Shown here in pieces: positions 25,715 to 40,185 of a stretch of DNA of 64,000 nucleotides (positions are counted from its first letter, which is position 1; every line of letters starts with the position of its first letter). Origin of the DNA: Vicugna vicugna (Eukaryota); the NCBI GenBank assembly GCA_013265495.1, contig MU057651.1, positions 186,001-250,000 of the forward strand, written 5' to 3'. Both the position numbers and the translations under genes were made by a program. Below the pieces are notes generated by a model. It had not been told where the DNA came from and did not search any database. It was given only the letters and a program-made list of their open reading frames with translations.

Positions 25715-25960
25715 TTATTGATTATTTACTAAAATCTATTCTGCAAAGTACGTTAGGTATATATTTCGTTTAATTTTCACAAAATCCTATGAAGTCAGTG
25801 CTATTTTTATCCATCCCCATTTTACAGATGAAGAAACTGAGGGTCAGAGAAGCGAAGTAATGTGTCCAAAGTTAACACAGCTGGTAAATGATGGAATCAG
25901 GAGTTGAACCCAGTCTGTTTAACCCCAAGTCTGCACTCTGAACCATTTAGCTTTGCTGTC
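25715..25960 (-). mobile_element. MIR SINE, flanked by L2 fragments (about 25270-25460 and 25980-26075)
   Basis: ccccattttacagatgaagaaactgagggtcagaga...ggagttgaacccag. Confidence 0.9.
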
Positions 25961-26570
25961 TCTTTTGTGGAACATGCTAGTGGAGATGCCTGGGAGATAC
26001 TTAGATATCTGAGTCTGGAGTTCAAGAGAAAGGGTTAGGCTAGAGATATCGATTATGTAGTAATTAGCATGTGTAATAGATCCTCAAAGATAAGGAGGCC
26101 TCAATAAGAAGACACTAAAAAGTTTTTCTTGTCAACTGGATTGTAAAAATGTTTAGGGATATAAACGAGTTAAATATCTACTTAGGTCATTTAATATTTC
26201 ATTTTAGTAAAATAATTAAGTTCCATTATATAAATATATTATTTTAGCTGTATTGCTTTTATCTCCTCCTATTTAATGAGATAACTAATTCTTCACATGC
26301 ATTTTCAACATTAGTATTTGGATTATCAGAGTCTATTCTTGTCATCTGACTGTTTTCCAGAGCTCATTGTCCTCACTTCTACATACAAAACTATTTGCAT
26401 CATCTTACTGTAAAGGAAATTTTATTGAAGTCACAGATACCAATTCACATAACACCACATTTACAGTTGTGATGTCATATTTCCAGGAGTAGTCATTATA
26501 TTTGTATTACATTTCTATTGGTATTTTATTTATATACATATGTATGTATTTGCTTGCTCATTTATTTTTT

Positions 26571-27140
26571 ATTAAGTTATAGTCACTTTACAATGTGTCA
26601 ATTTCTGGTGTACAGCACAGTTTTTCAGTCATACATGTATATACATATATTGATTTTCACCGTGAGCTACTGCGAGATCTTGACTATATTTCCCTGTGCT
26701 ATACAGTATAAACTTGTTTATCTATTCTATATATACATGTCAGTATCTATAAATCTTGAATTCCCAGTCTATCCCTACCCACCCACCCCCTGGCAACCAC
26801 AAGTTTGTATTTTACGTCTCTGAGTCTGTTTCTGTCTTATATTTAAGTTCGTTTGTCTTTTTTTTTTTTTTTTAGATTCCACATATGAGCTATTTCATAT
26901 AGCTTTTTTTTTTTTTTTTTTGGTTTACTTCCTTTATGACATTCTCCAGGGACATCCATGTTGCTGCAAATGGCATTATGTTGTCATTTTTATGGCTGAA
27001 TAGTATTCCATTGCACAAATATACCACATCTTCTTTATCCAGTCATCTGTTGATGGACATCTACGTTGTTTCCATGTCTTGTCTATTTTAAATAGTGCTG
27101 CTATGAACATTGGGGTGCAGGTGTCTTTTTGAATTAGGTG
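26571..27140 (-). mobile_element. Young 5'-truncated L1
   Basis: 12-bp TSD CATTTATTTTTT (26559-26570 / 27141-27152) followed by AA. Confidence 0.9.
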
Positions 27141-28004
27141 CATTTATTTTTTAAACTAACTTTGATGTAGGTTATTTCATGCAAACATGATAGTGTCAGT
27201 TGAAACCTTCAGAGTGTAAAAGTAAATAGGGCTCCAGTAAAAACAACAACAACAATGATAACAAACAAACAAACAAACAAAACACTTCTCATACTTAACT
27301 GAGATGTATTAAAAGTCTATTTGGTAGGTACCTTCATCCCTATAACAACCCAGTACTATCCTTATAGTATCATTTCTCCCACTTTTTCTTACAACTAAGG
27401 AATGAGTCTCAGAAAACAAATTTATAAAGGAGAAATAACTTAAAAACGACAGAGAGAATTTCAATCCTAATCCAAGTCCAAAGCCCATGTTCTTTTTCAC
27501 CTGTTCTCCTTTGTGATCAATAAATAGTATGTAGTTGTGAGATGGGTGGCTAATGGCCATGAGGGAGAAATCAGTTAACTAACTAGCCTATGTGTAAAAA
27601 TAGACCAAGTAACTGTGGTTTCATGTCACTGTTTTCAGCAAATGGCATGCCTTCTAAGGGATAGATGTCATATTTCAGTACATGGGAGATCACTTTTGGA
27701 GGGTTCCGTTATGGAAAAGAAGGAGAGAATAGTAAAACTAGAAAACTTGACTAGTGATATCTTTATCAGCAGTCATTTTATAATAGAATAAGTTAGAGAA
27801 GGAACTGTTTATAGTTCTGGCATGTAAGGTAATCCCCATGGTAAGGCTGTTAGGTAAAGACATACTTAATATCAGAGTCACTTTAACATTTAAAACAGAA
27901 CCTATGTGATGTCATAGTTCTTACTTCTAGACATTTTAAAATATAAATGTAACAAAATTTTGTTTAGCAAGAACTTGCTAAATAAAGCTACATTTATTAC
28001 CTTT

Positions 28005-28900
28005 TGAGTCCTCTCTTTTTTCTTGGTCAGTCTAGCTAAAGGTTTGTAAATTTTGTTTATCTTTTCAAAAAACTCCTAGGTTCATTGATTTCTTTATATT
28101 GTCATTCTAGTCTATTCCATTTATTCCTGCCCTGGTTTTTATTATCCTTTTCCTTCTGCTCACTTTGGGCTTAGTTTTTTCCTTTTCTTATTTCCTTGAA
28201 GTGTAAAGTTAGGTTGTTTATTTGAGATCTTTCTTTTTTTTAAAGGTAGGTATTTATTGTTTTAAACTTCTTCCTTAGACCTGCTTCTGTTGCGCCCCAT
28301 AAATTTTGGTTATGTTGTGTTTTTGTTTTCGTTTGTCTCAGGGAGCTTTCTGATTTCTCTTTTGTTTTACTCTTTGACTCATTGGCTGTTCAGGAATATG
28401 TTATTTAATTTCCACATATTTGTGAGCTTTTCAGTTTTCCTCCTGCTATTGATTTCTAATTTTATACCTTAGTGGTTGCAAAAGATACTTGATAGGATTT
28501 CAGTCTTAAATATGTTAAAGCTTGCTTTGTGTCCCAACACATGATGTATCCTGGGCAATGTTCCATTTGTGCTTAAGAAGAATGTGTATTCTGGTGCTGT
28601 TGGATAGAATGTATTGTAAATGTCTGTTAGGTCCACTTGGTCTATAGTGTTATTCAGGTTCACTCTTTCTTTATTAATTTTCTGTTTGGATGATCTATGT
28701 GATAATAAAAGTGGGGTATTAAAGTCCCCTACTATTATTGTATTGCTATTTCTGAATGGACCCCTTTATCACTATATAGTGATCTTCTTGTATCTTGTGA
28801 GGGACTTTGAAAGTCTGTTTTATCTGAGTATAGTCACTCTTGCTCTCTTTTGGTTACTATTTGCACGGAATATCTTTTTCTATCCCATATTTTTTACCTT
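28005..28900 (-). mobile_element. L1 ORF2 endonuclease-region fragment
   Basis: ORF 28469-28663 DLTDIYNTFYPTAPEYTFFLS...HVLGHK. Confidence 0.9.
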
Positions 28901-29125
28901 TTAAATCCGAAGCTTTAGTATACTTGCTTTTCTGGCCTTTTATCCTCATATTTAAGTTACAAAAAACAAGCACCTATCCAGTGCAAGTCACAAAATGGAC
29001 ATTTAATCAATGTTAAAAAAAAACCAGGTGTTTTCTAAAAGTGGCAGCTTTCAGCTTTTGCCCACGTAGAAGAGGATTACTCTGCTTATACCTATAAATG
29101 TTGTTAGCTTTTAGTTAGAGAAAAT

Positions 29126-29138
29126 CCACCAGGTGGCA
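29126..29138 (+). promoter_or_regulatory. CTCF core motif in unique sequence
   Basis: CCACCAGGTGGCA. Confidence 0.5.
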
Positions 29139-31165
29139 ACCTCATCTGTATGTGAAGCGTGATGTGCAATCCTCTGCAACCCATTACGGGTCCCTTGAGC
29201 CAAATGCTCCCTGATTAATGGCTGATTTCTATAGTGATCCCAGTAAATGGATACTAGGTATTCACTTGGCAGTGATTATAGGAAGGTGGAGGATGTGCAA
29301 ATTTAAGATGTATTTAGCATCAAGTGTGAAATATTTTTAGTAACAGCATTCTTTTTAAAATTAACATTGAAAACAGAAATAATAGTATCCATTTCCATGT
29401 TGCCCTCTAAACATATTTCTAATTTGAAGCTAAAGGGAACCATATTCATTTCTCCAGTGTATAAAGCTGCAGACAGTATTATTTCCCCACAATCACAATT
29501 TATTGAATCATAGGTTATTCTGGTTGGATCCTTTGTACTTAATGGCAGTCTGGTAGCTAGCTGGTTTACTGCTTAAAATGCAAACTGTCTTCTTTATTTC
29601 TAAACCTGATAGTATGCAGAGTACTGCTGGGGATATTTAACATGTCACTTATTGTTTTCTGTTTATAAACAACCTGCCCTAAGGTACTAATTAGGTGGAA
29701 GATATTGCATATACTTAGCAAATACTGTTGTGTTTTTCCATACGAATAAATGTGTGGTCAAAGTGAAAGTCATTGATGGGATGGTTACATGAGCTGCACA
29801 TTTCTGAAAATATACATGATAGTAAAAGTTCTAGAAAAAGGGGAAAAAAGGATTTGTTGAAAACTTTACTCCTGAATAGCTAGATTTCTAATTGCTTCAG
29901 ACATTTCATTAATACATTCATTTCTAAAGTGGCATGTTTCACTTACATTAAAATGCAGCTGTATAAGACATCTGCTTGAATTAAATATCTATAATACCTA
30001 ACAGATTGCCTTTTTCTTATGATTGTAATTGACTTTATTTTTCATCTGTATATTTTCCAAAATCCATATTTGAAAAATATGTTTTTTTCTCAGTCTCCTA
30101 GGTATTTTTAATAACATTATTGAGGCATATTTTACATACCATATAATTCAGCCATTTCGAATGTACAATTCAATGATTTTTAGCAAATTTAAGTCTCTTG
30201 AGTATTTAAAAATGATATAGATATACCTAGATGCTATTCCTCATGACATGATAAGTACTCAGCATTTTGGCATCTCATCTATCTTTGGCTCCTAGCATGC
30301 CTGCTTTTAGATATTGTTTACATAAGTGAAGGTCAGAAAATCTGACTCTTGTGTCTGAAATTTTGTTAGTGTCAGTGTCTCAGTGCCCCATCTTCTGGAC
30401 TGAGGAGGATACACTCACATTACATTACAGAGTAGGAATTTTGGCTTCATTGTCATACAGTACTAACAAATCCAGCCTTTAGTACTACCTAGACCATTGG
30501 AGCTAGTGAATATTATTTTAATTTGAACACATATCCAGTACCAACATTTATATTAAAGCATTTTACAACACATGAAAGACTTTTTGCTTTTGAGTGATTT
30601 ATAAAATAATTGGATAATTGATTTGGGTATAAAGAGTCCTTCAGAAAGATCATTAAACTCGTTTCATATTTCCCCCTCTCTCTTTCTTTTCTAATATCTC
30701 TTTCTCATCCCTCACACAGAAGACCTTCTGTTTGCTTTTTCTGCCATCTCAATTTGTCCACATGGCTCCAAGTTCACATCACATCAGCTAAGTGTACACC
30801 AAAACTGATAATCCATCTTCTGTTAAATATTAGTTCCTTTCTTCATATGTTTGGATCAAAGGTTGTATGGTAAAACAGTAGAAAAATCTCCAGGTCGATA
30901 TTACTACTGTATCTTGCCTTGATGGTGGTCAGGGACTGATGTTTCCCTCAGTTGGAATGATTTCTTTGAGCTTGATGATGAAAATCCTCCTGTATTCGAG
31001 TAGATAAATTCCTGAGTTTAGGGAACTTATGCCTATGTGCATAGCAACTAAAAAGCTGAACAAATTGTCAGAAACAACCATTTAAACACTCTGGAAATTG
31101 ATCCAAGGATGCAACAAACAGAGGTTCTGAACTTTGGATAAGAACATAGCAAATCTATAATGTAC

Positions 31166-31615
31166 TTGATGGTTAATTTTCTTTGTCAGCGTGGTTGGAC
31201 TAAAGCATGCACAGATAGCTGATAAAACATTATTTCTGAATGTGTCTGTGAGGGTGTTTCTGGAAGAAATTAGCATTTGAATCAGTAGAGTGAGTAAAGA
31301 AGATCTCCCTTACCAGTGCAGATGGTCATCATCCAATCCATTGATGGCCAAAAAGGCAAGAGGAAGGGCAAATTTGCTCAGCTTAAGCTAGGACATCCGC
31401 CTTCTCCTGGCTTCAGATGTTGGCACTCCTGGTTCTCAGTCTTTCAGACTCAGACTGGGACTTATACCATTGGCTCCTCTGGTTCTCAGTCCTTTGAGTT
31501 TGGACTGGAACTACACTATCAGCTTTCCTGGACCCTCAGCTTGCAGACAGCAGAATATGGGACATCTCAGCCTCCATAATCACATAAGCCAACCCCTCAT
31601 AATAAGTCTCTATCA
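31166..31615 (+). mobile_element. MLT2D-like ERVL LTR
   Basis: gatggttaattttctttgtc...aaacattatttctgaatgtgtctgtgagggtgtttctggaaga. Confidence 0.85.
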
Positions 31616-31619
31616 ATCT

Positions 31620-34255
31620 AAAATGTCCAGTATTCAAAAAATTATGACATGCAAATAGACAAAAAAATTAAAGAAATTGATTCAACAGTTTAAATCTTCA
31701 CGTGCGTGCGTGCGTGCACACACACAAAGCCTAGACTCATGTGACTTCTGTGGTAAATTGGATCAAATATTTAAAGGAAAAAAAATCATACCGGTCCTTT
31801 ACACTCTTTCACAAGTTGAGGAGGAGGGATTGCTTCCCAATTCCTTCTGTGAGGCCAGTATTACTCTGATACCAAAGACACATATAAAGACATCAGAAGA
31901 AAAGAAAACTACAGACTGATATCCCTCCTGAATACACATGCAAGAAATCTTAAAACGCATTAACACGCTGAATTCAGCATTATATAAAAAGGATTATAAA
32001 ACACGACAAAGTAGGATTGTTTCCGAAATGCAAGTTGGTGTGATATTAAAAAACAATTAAATACACCATATTAATAGAATAAAGGACAAAAACACATAAT
32101 CATCTCAATAGACACAGAAAAAGCATTTGATAAAATTCAACACCCTGTCGTGATAAAACCACTCAACAAATTAGTATTAGAAGGAAACTTTCCTAAGAAG
32201 AACATCTATGAAAAGAACATCTATGAAAAACCTTTAGCTATTATATGTAATCATGTAAGACTGAATATTTTTGCTTTAAGATCAGAAACAAGAGCAGAGC
32301 GTCTACTGTTATCACTTCTATTCAATGTTGTACTGGAGATTCTAGCCAGTGCAAAAACAACAAAATTATTTTACAACATTCAGATTAGAAAGGAAGTAGT
32401 AAAAACTGTCTTAACTGCCAGACAACATGATTTATATTTAGAAAATCTGAAGGAATACACACACACAACTACTAAAATTAATAAATGAACTTAGAAATGT
32501 CACAAGACACAAAATCCATAAGCCAAAATTACTTGTATTTCCATACACTAGCAATGAACAATCCAAAAATGCAATTAAGAAAACTATTAGGAAAATGCTC
32601 CTAATAACATCAAAAAGAATAAAATACTTAGGAGCAAATTTAACAAAAGAAGTACACAATTTGTATACTGAAAATTACAAAAGATTGCTAAGATAAATTT
32701 TAGAAGATCTAAATAAATGGGATAGACATTCTATGTTAATGGATGAAATCTTCAGTATTGTTAAGATGGCAAGTTTCCTTAAATTGACAAGGTAATCTTA
32801 AAATTCAAATGGAAAAGCAATGGTCCTCAAATAGCCAAAATAAATTTGAAAAATAATAACAAAATTGGAGGATTTACACTACCCTATTTCAGAACTTTCA
32901 AAAGTTAGTAATGGAGACAGTGTGATATTGGCATAAGGATGAGCATACAGATCAATGGAACAGAATTGGGAGTCCAGAAATAAACCCATATGTTTATGAT
33001 CAAATGATTTTTCACCAAGGCTCTGAGACAATTCAATAAGAAGAAGGTAGCTCTTTTAACAAATGGTTCTATATCAATTGAATATCCATATTATGCCAAA
33101 ATATGAATTTAGGCCCTTACCTTACACTTTAAACAAACAAATAAATAAATCTAAAGCATAGACTTAAATGTAGAAACTAAAACTAAAAAATTCTAGAAGA
33201 AAATATTCATAACCTTTGGTTGAACAAAGCTTTCTTAGATATGATTCCAAAAGCACCAGCAACAATGACAGAAAAAGTAAATAAAACAAAATTCATCAAA
33301 ATTAAAAACCTTCGTGTTTCAAAAGATACCATCAAGAAAGTGAAAAGATAACCCACAGAATGGGAGAAAATATTTACAGCTCATTTAACTATTAAGGGAC
33401 TTAATCTAGACTATATAAAGAACTTTTACAACATATTACTAAAGCTATAAATAAAAAATTGTACAAAAGATCTGAATAGTCATTTCTCCAAAGAATCTAT
33501 ACAAATGGCCAATAAGCACTTGAAAAATAGTTCAACATAATTAACCATCACAGTGATACAACTAAAACCATAGTCAGATACCAATTCATACCAACTGGAA
33601 TGGCTTTACCCAAAAAGAGAAACAGTAAAAATGTGAGGATATGGAAAAACAAGAATCTTTATACATTGCTTGTAGGGAGGTAAAATGGTATTATTTCTTT
33701 GGAAAATAATTTGGAAATTTCATAAAAAGTTGAACATATGCTTACCATGTGACCCAGCCATTCCACCCTTAGGAATCTACCCAACAAAAATGAAAATATG
33801 TCACACAAAGACTTGTATGCAATTATTCATAGCAGTATTATTCATAATAGCCCAAAACTGAAACCAATTCAAATGTGCATTGTTGGCAAATGGATAAACT
33901 ATCTGTGATATATCTATACACTGGAATACTATTCAGCTATAAAAAGAATGAAATAATGATTCATGCTCCAACATGAACTTCAAAAACGTGCTAAGTGAAA
34001 GATTTCAGACACAAAGACCCCATATTGCATAATTCCATTTATATAAAATTTCCAGAAAAGACCAGAGTCACAAAGCAGGTAAGTGATTGCCTGGGCTTGG
34101 TGGGGGAGTGGAAATTGACTGCAAAAGGGCCTGAGAACATTTTTAATGGTTATGGAAATATTCAAAAACTATATTTGGTGGTAGTTGCACAATTCTATAA
34201 ATGAACTGAAAATTATTGAGTCAGTATATAAATGATAACTCAATAAATCTAAAAA
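31620..34255 (+). mobile_element. Old L1M ORF2 RT-to-3'-end remnant (5' piece at about 31040-31165)
   Basis: ORFs 31677-31919 (LPNSFCEASITLIPK) and 32150-32488 (LFNVVLEILA). Confidence 0.9.
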
Positions 34256-34333
34256 AATTAATACCCATCATAGTCCAAGGAAATAACTGTAATAAGATTC
34301 GCTCATCTGTTCATTCATGCCTATATAATTCTT

Positions 34334-34958
34334 TTTTTAATTCTTATTTTTTATTGAAATGTAGTCAGTTTACAATGTTAGTTTCAGGTGCACAGGAAAA
34401 GTGATTCAGTTATGCATATACATACATACGTCTTTTTTTTTCAGATTCTTTTCCATTTCAGCTCATTACAAGAAATTGAATATAGTTCCCTGTGCTACAC
34501 AGTAGGTCCTATTGTTTATCTGTTTTGTATATAGTAATGTGTATTTATTAATCCTAAACTCCTAATCTATCCTTCCCCCACTTCCCCCTGGTAACCACAG
34601 TTTGTTTTCTATGTCCGTGAGTCTATTTCTGGTTTGTAAATAAAATTTGTATCTTTTATTTTTAGATTCCACATATAAGTGACATCATATGATATTTGTC
34701 TTTCTCTCTCTGACTTACTTCACTTAATATGATAATCTCTAGGTCCATCCATGTTGCTGCAAATGACATTATTTCATTCTTTTTATGGCTGAGTAATATG
34801 CCATTGAATACATATTGTGTCATATATACCATTTCTTCTTTATCCATTAATCTGTTGGTGGACATTTAGATTGTACTGTATTTTGGAAAGACACATGCAC
34901 CCCAGTGTTCACAGCAGCACTATTTACAATAGCCAAGACATGGAAACAGCCTAAATGT
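34334..34958 (-). mobile_element. Young L1 with 5' inversion (34883-34958 inverted)
   Basis: TSD TAATTCTT (34326-34333 / 34962-34969); orientation switches near 34880. Confidence 0.85.
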
Positions 34959-35769
34959 AATTAATTCTTGTTCCACTTGTGTCCATTGCATCTTGGATGA
35001 GCAGTTTGCCTTCATGAAATACATCTATTTCTAGACTACCAAGAGCCCTGGAAACTGACTCACTCCACTCATTCATTCTAAAACCTATCTAGAAGCTCAG
35101 AAGCCTGTAACCAGGAGTCTATTCTTAAAGTAGCAATATAGTCAGAGTACCTGAGCTAGTCCTGTCCACGAGCCTCTGCAATGGTCCTCCTTTGTAGCAG
35201 ACACAAATTCCAGCCAGTACCTTATAGCAGAGACTTCAGGCATGCATCAGGAGGCAGAAATCTGTTTGATAATGATACTGAGGCTATGGTTAATTTGTTG
35301 CAATCACCAATAATATTAGAATAGAGGAAAGTAAAATTCTCTATTGGCATACAGTACAAAACTTTTTCATAAGAGTTTGATCAGTGTTCCCCTGAGTGTA
35401 AGAACATGCTTAACAGTAAAGGCATTGACAAGTTTCCAGTACCTTTACATAAATAGTACAATTTCTGAAATATTTACATGGGTACACCCAAAACTACTTG
35501 ATTATCAATTTAATCAGAATGAAAATGAAATGTATTAAAATAGGCATAGAGGAACACGACATGGTTATAAGAAAACATAGGTCTTCACCTTAGTTCTTTG
35601 TACCTTTGGAAACATTTTTTTAAATTAAGGACATGATAAAGGCAATAAAATATAGATAAAATTATTATGATACGTGAAATTTCTGCTATCAAGCCTATTA
35701 CATGGAATGTAAATATAACCTCATTATCCCTTGATAATAGCTTGAAGACCAACCTATCATCTTTACAAT

Positions 35770-37985
35770 TTTTTTTACTTTGCAATAATTATAGATTCAC
35801 AGGAGGTTGCAAAGAAATATACAGGAAAGTTCTATGCACTCTCCTCTCAGCTTTTCTCAGTGTTAACAACTTACAGAACTATAGTACAATATCAAAACCA
35901 AGAAATTGATATTGTTACAATTCATAGAGCTTATTCAGATTGCAACAGTTACACATGGACTCCTTTATGTGTGTGTGTAGCTGTATGTAATTTTCTCGTG
36001 TGTAACCTGTGTAACCACCACCACATCAAAATACTCAACTGTAACATCACCACAAGACTCCATGTTACTCATTTATGTCACACCAGTCTCTTCCCCTTCT
36101 ATCCCTAATTCCTGGCAACTATGAATCTCTTCTCCATCTCTTTAATTATGTTATTTCATGGTTGTTACATAAATAGAATCATGCAGTATACAAGCTTTTA
36201 AGATTGGCTTTTTTTTCACTCAGGAATTAATGCCCTTGAGATCCATCCAAGTTGTTACATGTATCAAAAACTTATTTTTTTACTACTGAGTAGTATTCCA
36301 TGGTATGAATGTGCCACAGTTTATTTAACCATTCATCCGTTGAAAGGCATTTGACTAATTTCCAGGTTTTAACTATTACGAATAAAACTGCTGTGAACAT
36401 TCGTATACAAGTTCCTGCATGAAAATAAATCTTCATTTCTCTGGGATAAATGCCAGGAGTACGATTGCTGGATCGTATATTAAGTCCTTTTTTAGATTTG
36501 AAAGGAATTGCCAATTTATTTTCCATAGTGTCTGTACCATTTTACATTCCTACCAGTAATGTATGAGTGATCCAGTTTCTCTACATCCTCATCAAAATTT
36601 GGTATCATTACTGTGTTGTATTTTAGTTATTCTGTTAGGCATGTAGTGATATCTCTTTGTACTTTTAATTTGCATTTCTCTAATGACTAATAATGTATAT
36701 ATTTTGCATATCTTTTATTTGACATCTGTATATAATCTAGGGCAAAATGTCTGTGCATGTCATTTGCCCATTTTCTTTTTTTAAAATTTTGTTTTATTGA
36801 GTTATAGTCAGTTTACAATGTTGTGTCAATTTCCAGTGTAGAGTACAATTTTTCAGTTATACATTCATATATATACATATATATATTCAGATCGTTTTCT
36901 TTTACAGCTCATTGCAAGAAACTAAATACTGTGCTATACAGTAGGCCCTTGTTGTTTATCTATTATGTATATACTAATGTGCATCTATTAATCCCAAAAT
37001 TCTAATCTATCCTTCCCCCTACTCTACCGGCAACCACAGGTTTGTATTCTACATCTATAAGTCTGTTTCTGTTTTGTATTTATGTTCATTTGTCTTTGTC
37101 TTTTCTTTCTTTCTTTTTTTTTTAGGTTCCACATATGAGCAATCTCACATAGTACTTTTCTTTCTCTTTCTGGCTTACTTCACTTAGAATGACATTCTCC
37201 AGGGACAGCCATGTTGCTGCAAATGGCATTATGTTGTCATTTTTATGGCTGAATAGTATTCCATTGTATAAATATACCACATCTTCTTTATCCAGTCATC
37301 TGTTGATGGACATTTAGGCTGTTTCCATGTCTTGGCTATTGTAAATAGTGCTGCTATGAACACTGGGATGCAGGTGTCTTTTTGAAGTAGGGTTCCTTCT
37401 GGATATATGCCCAGGAGTAGGATTACTGCATTTGCCCATTTTCTAATTGGATTTTTTATTGTAATACTGAGTTTTGAGAATTTTTTGTATACTTTAGATG
37501 CAAAGTCTATACATATATTGAATATGTGTTTGCAAATATTTTCCCTCAGACTGAAATTTGTCTTTTTATCCTCTTCACAGAATCTTTCACAGAACAAAAG
37601 TTTTTCATTTCAGTGAGGTCCAGATTAACAGCTTTTCATTTTATCAATTGTGGTATTTGATATCAAGTCTAAGAAATTTACCTAATCCTACCTAAGTCCC
37701 AAAGATTTCTTCCCATATTCTTTTCTGTAAGGTTTGTAGTTTTACGTTTTACATTTATGCCCATATCCACTTTGGGTTAATTTTCATATAAAGTTTAGGT
37801 CAAGGTTCTTTTTTTTTTTTTGCAAATAGTTATCCAACTTCTCTAGCACCATTTATTGAAAAGGCTATACTTCCTCGGTTGAATTGCTTTTGTTCCTTTG
37901 TCAAAAATTATTGGGTGTATTTGAGAGGATCTATTTCTGGGTTCCATATTCTATTCCATTGATGTATGTGTCTACCCCTCTGCAA
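35770..37985 (-). mobile_element. Old L1M 3' portion, interrupted by a young L1
   Basis: ORF 36272-36526 is the L1 ORF2 C-terminus; host rejoins across the TSD. Confidence 0.9.
36777..37428 (-). mobile_element. Young 5'-truncated L1 nested in the older L1
   Basis: Perfect 16-bp TSD CATTTGCCCATTTTCT (36761-36776 / 37429-37444). Confidence 0.92.
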
Positions 37986-38049
37986 TTTATCATTTTAATA
38001 AAGAGTCAAATTCTAGTTTTTCATTAGTATAATATTGGCATAAAATTTT

Positions 38050-39730
38050 CAGAAGCTCTTTTTTTTATGAACAAACCCATCAAAACTGAAGCAAACCTTG
38101 CCAAAATTTAACACATTTCATTTGCTTCTTTTTAGATTCAGTATAATAAACCAAGGCAAAAGAAAATTCCCTTTCTGAAAATCTTATACAACTTTGTCTT
38201 TCCCTGTCTTCTTTTACATTCTGAAATAATCAGGTGCTTTAAAGAAAAAAAAGAAAAGCTAGTCTCTTTTTACCTTGATTTAAAAAAAATTCAAGCATTA
38301 CCTTATATACCGAGGTTTATTTCTCTGTTACTCTTGTTCCTAGTATATTCATAATAATTATAGCTTTTAACCAAAGTAACTAACTTCTATTTGACAGAAA
38401 AAATGGGAGGAATTGAGGACTGTTGTACACTGGAATTAAGCAGAACAGCAAAGCTTATGAGTACACAACTTTCTACAGCCTCACATATCTCTTTTACATC
38501 TTAAAGTGTCAAAAGTGAACATGTCTGTTAACATGACCAAAGACAACAATCCTATAGCATATAAAAAATAAGCAAATGTTTGCTGTTTGAAATTATGCTT
38601 AATAATAATTTTTTCAATATTCCATTTCACTTAGAAATTATCTAGCAATCAAAGATAATTCCTTAATTAATTTGACTTGATATTAATCCAAGTGTTGAGT
38701 TTACCTAAGAATCTTGAAAATTATGTTCAAACTATAAAACATAATTACAATTGATGTAAAAAGTTTGTCAGAATAATGATGAAATTTAGTAAAGACAAAT
38801 TTACATTTTTCACAGTCTTGAAAATTATGAGTTACATTAGCTTGTTTGATTAGTAAACCAAAATAGGAAGTTTAAGAAATTCACAGTAAGTAGTCTTTTC
38901 ATAAAAGACAAAATTTTATAAAAATAAAATGTGCACTTTATTATACCTAATATATATTTGAGAAAGAGACCTAGAGCTTTTCTTCTCTTTCTAAAACCTA
39001 AATTAACAAACCAATCGAAACTGTCCAAGGATTCTTAATTATGTAAACATGAATTCTTAAAATGTTCCTGAGCTAGCCATTTCTGTAAGGATTTTACAAA
39101 CATATAGCACATTTAAAGTATTGGAAGTTCATTAAAAATTTTTCTGTTGTTTATAGGAATATTAGATTTGTATAACTGCTTATATGCATAAATAAATTAC
39201 AATTGACCTCCTTAAAGAGGCATTATAATGTAATTTATTATTATCCTTCATTGGTAGGAAACTATTTCATATTCACATGAATAGATCTTTCTGATTTACA
39301 GAAAAACAAGTATATGGAAAGCTAATAGCTTCAATTCTGCAACTTCTGCCACAGGTCAAGCATAAACACATAACCTCAAAAACTCATGGGGCTAGATATG
39401 AAAGAGCTGTTCTCTTTCACAATGGGAAAAAAGTTCTTAATTGATTTGATTTTGTAAATAGACAAAAGCCTAAACAAGCCAGATTCGCTGTTTCTCATCC
39501 AGCAGAGAATAGCTCACCACCACCCATCCAAAAGAAATCACCAAATGATCAGACAATAAAAACAAATTCCCAATCATTACTACCACCAAGGGGGGATAAC
39601 TTTTTATCGTATGCAAAAAAGAAATAAAAACAGAAAAATCACTAGGGAGGAGAAAATAAAATCTGTAGAAACAGAATGAGCAAAGTTCAAGTTATGTTGC
39701 TCCTTGGGTTCACCCTGACTACCAAGAAAA
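38050..39730 (-). mobile_element. Probable degenerate non-coding ERV1 internal sequence
   Basis: A-rich style and motifs reminiscent of MER-int elements; no ORF evidence. Confidence 0.4.
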
Positions 39731-39829
39731 ATGTATTTGGGCTTAAACAGCCTATGAGGTACATTTCTCCCATAATGCAGTTTTTTTTTCCTCTATCGAG
39801 CGAGTCAATTTGGGTAGCTCCATGGAATC

Positions 39830-40170
39830 TCCAAAACTGTCTAAGCATAATTTTCAAACAAGTGAAATCATAATACTCAGGCAAATATAAAATAAATACA
39901 TGTCAAAGGTTTTATTTAATTCATTAATTAATGAAGGAAGTATTAAGGTGTCATGACTTGGTAAAACACCATTTTAAAATAGGCTATTGATAGGAATGTA
40001 AGATTTCTGGGTTAAATACAAACTGGATAATGTCCAACTTTGGAGTTACCTGTCTACAGACAGAAATTATTTGCATTTAGACAAGATGAAAATCTACAGT
40101 TTAACCTACAACTTCATTAAATCCAGAACCTTAAATAAATAGTAAACAGTGAGTTGTACAAGTCATTATC
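39830..40170. repeat. Ancient interspersed repeat, copy 1 of 3 (others at about 50620-51050 and 54700-55050)
   Basis: Shared caaat(a/g)taaaat(a/g)aa...tttatttaa block, followed by ctacaac. Confidence 0.65.
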
Positions 40171-40185
40171 CTTGGTCCCCCAGAT

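Noticed and set aside
30861..30925. Possible coding exon (LYGKTVEKSPGRYYYCILP)
   Set aside because: Weak splice signals and stops in all three frames
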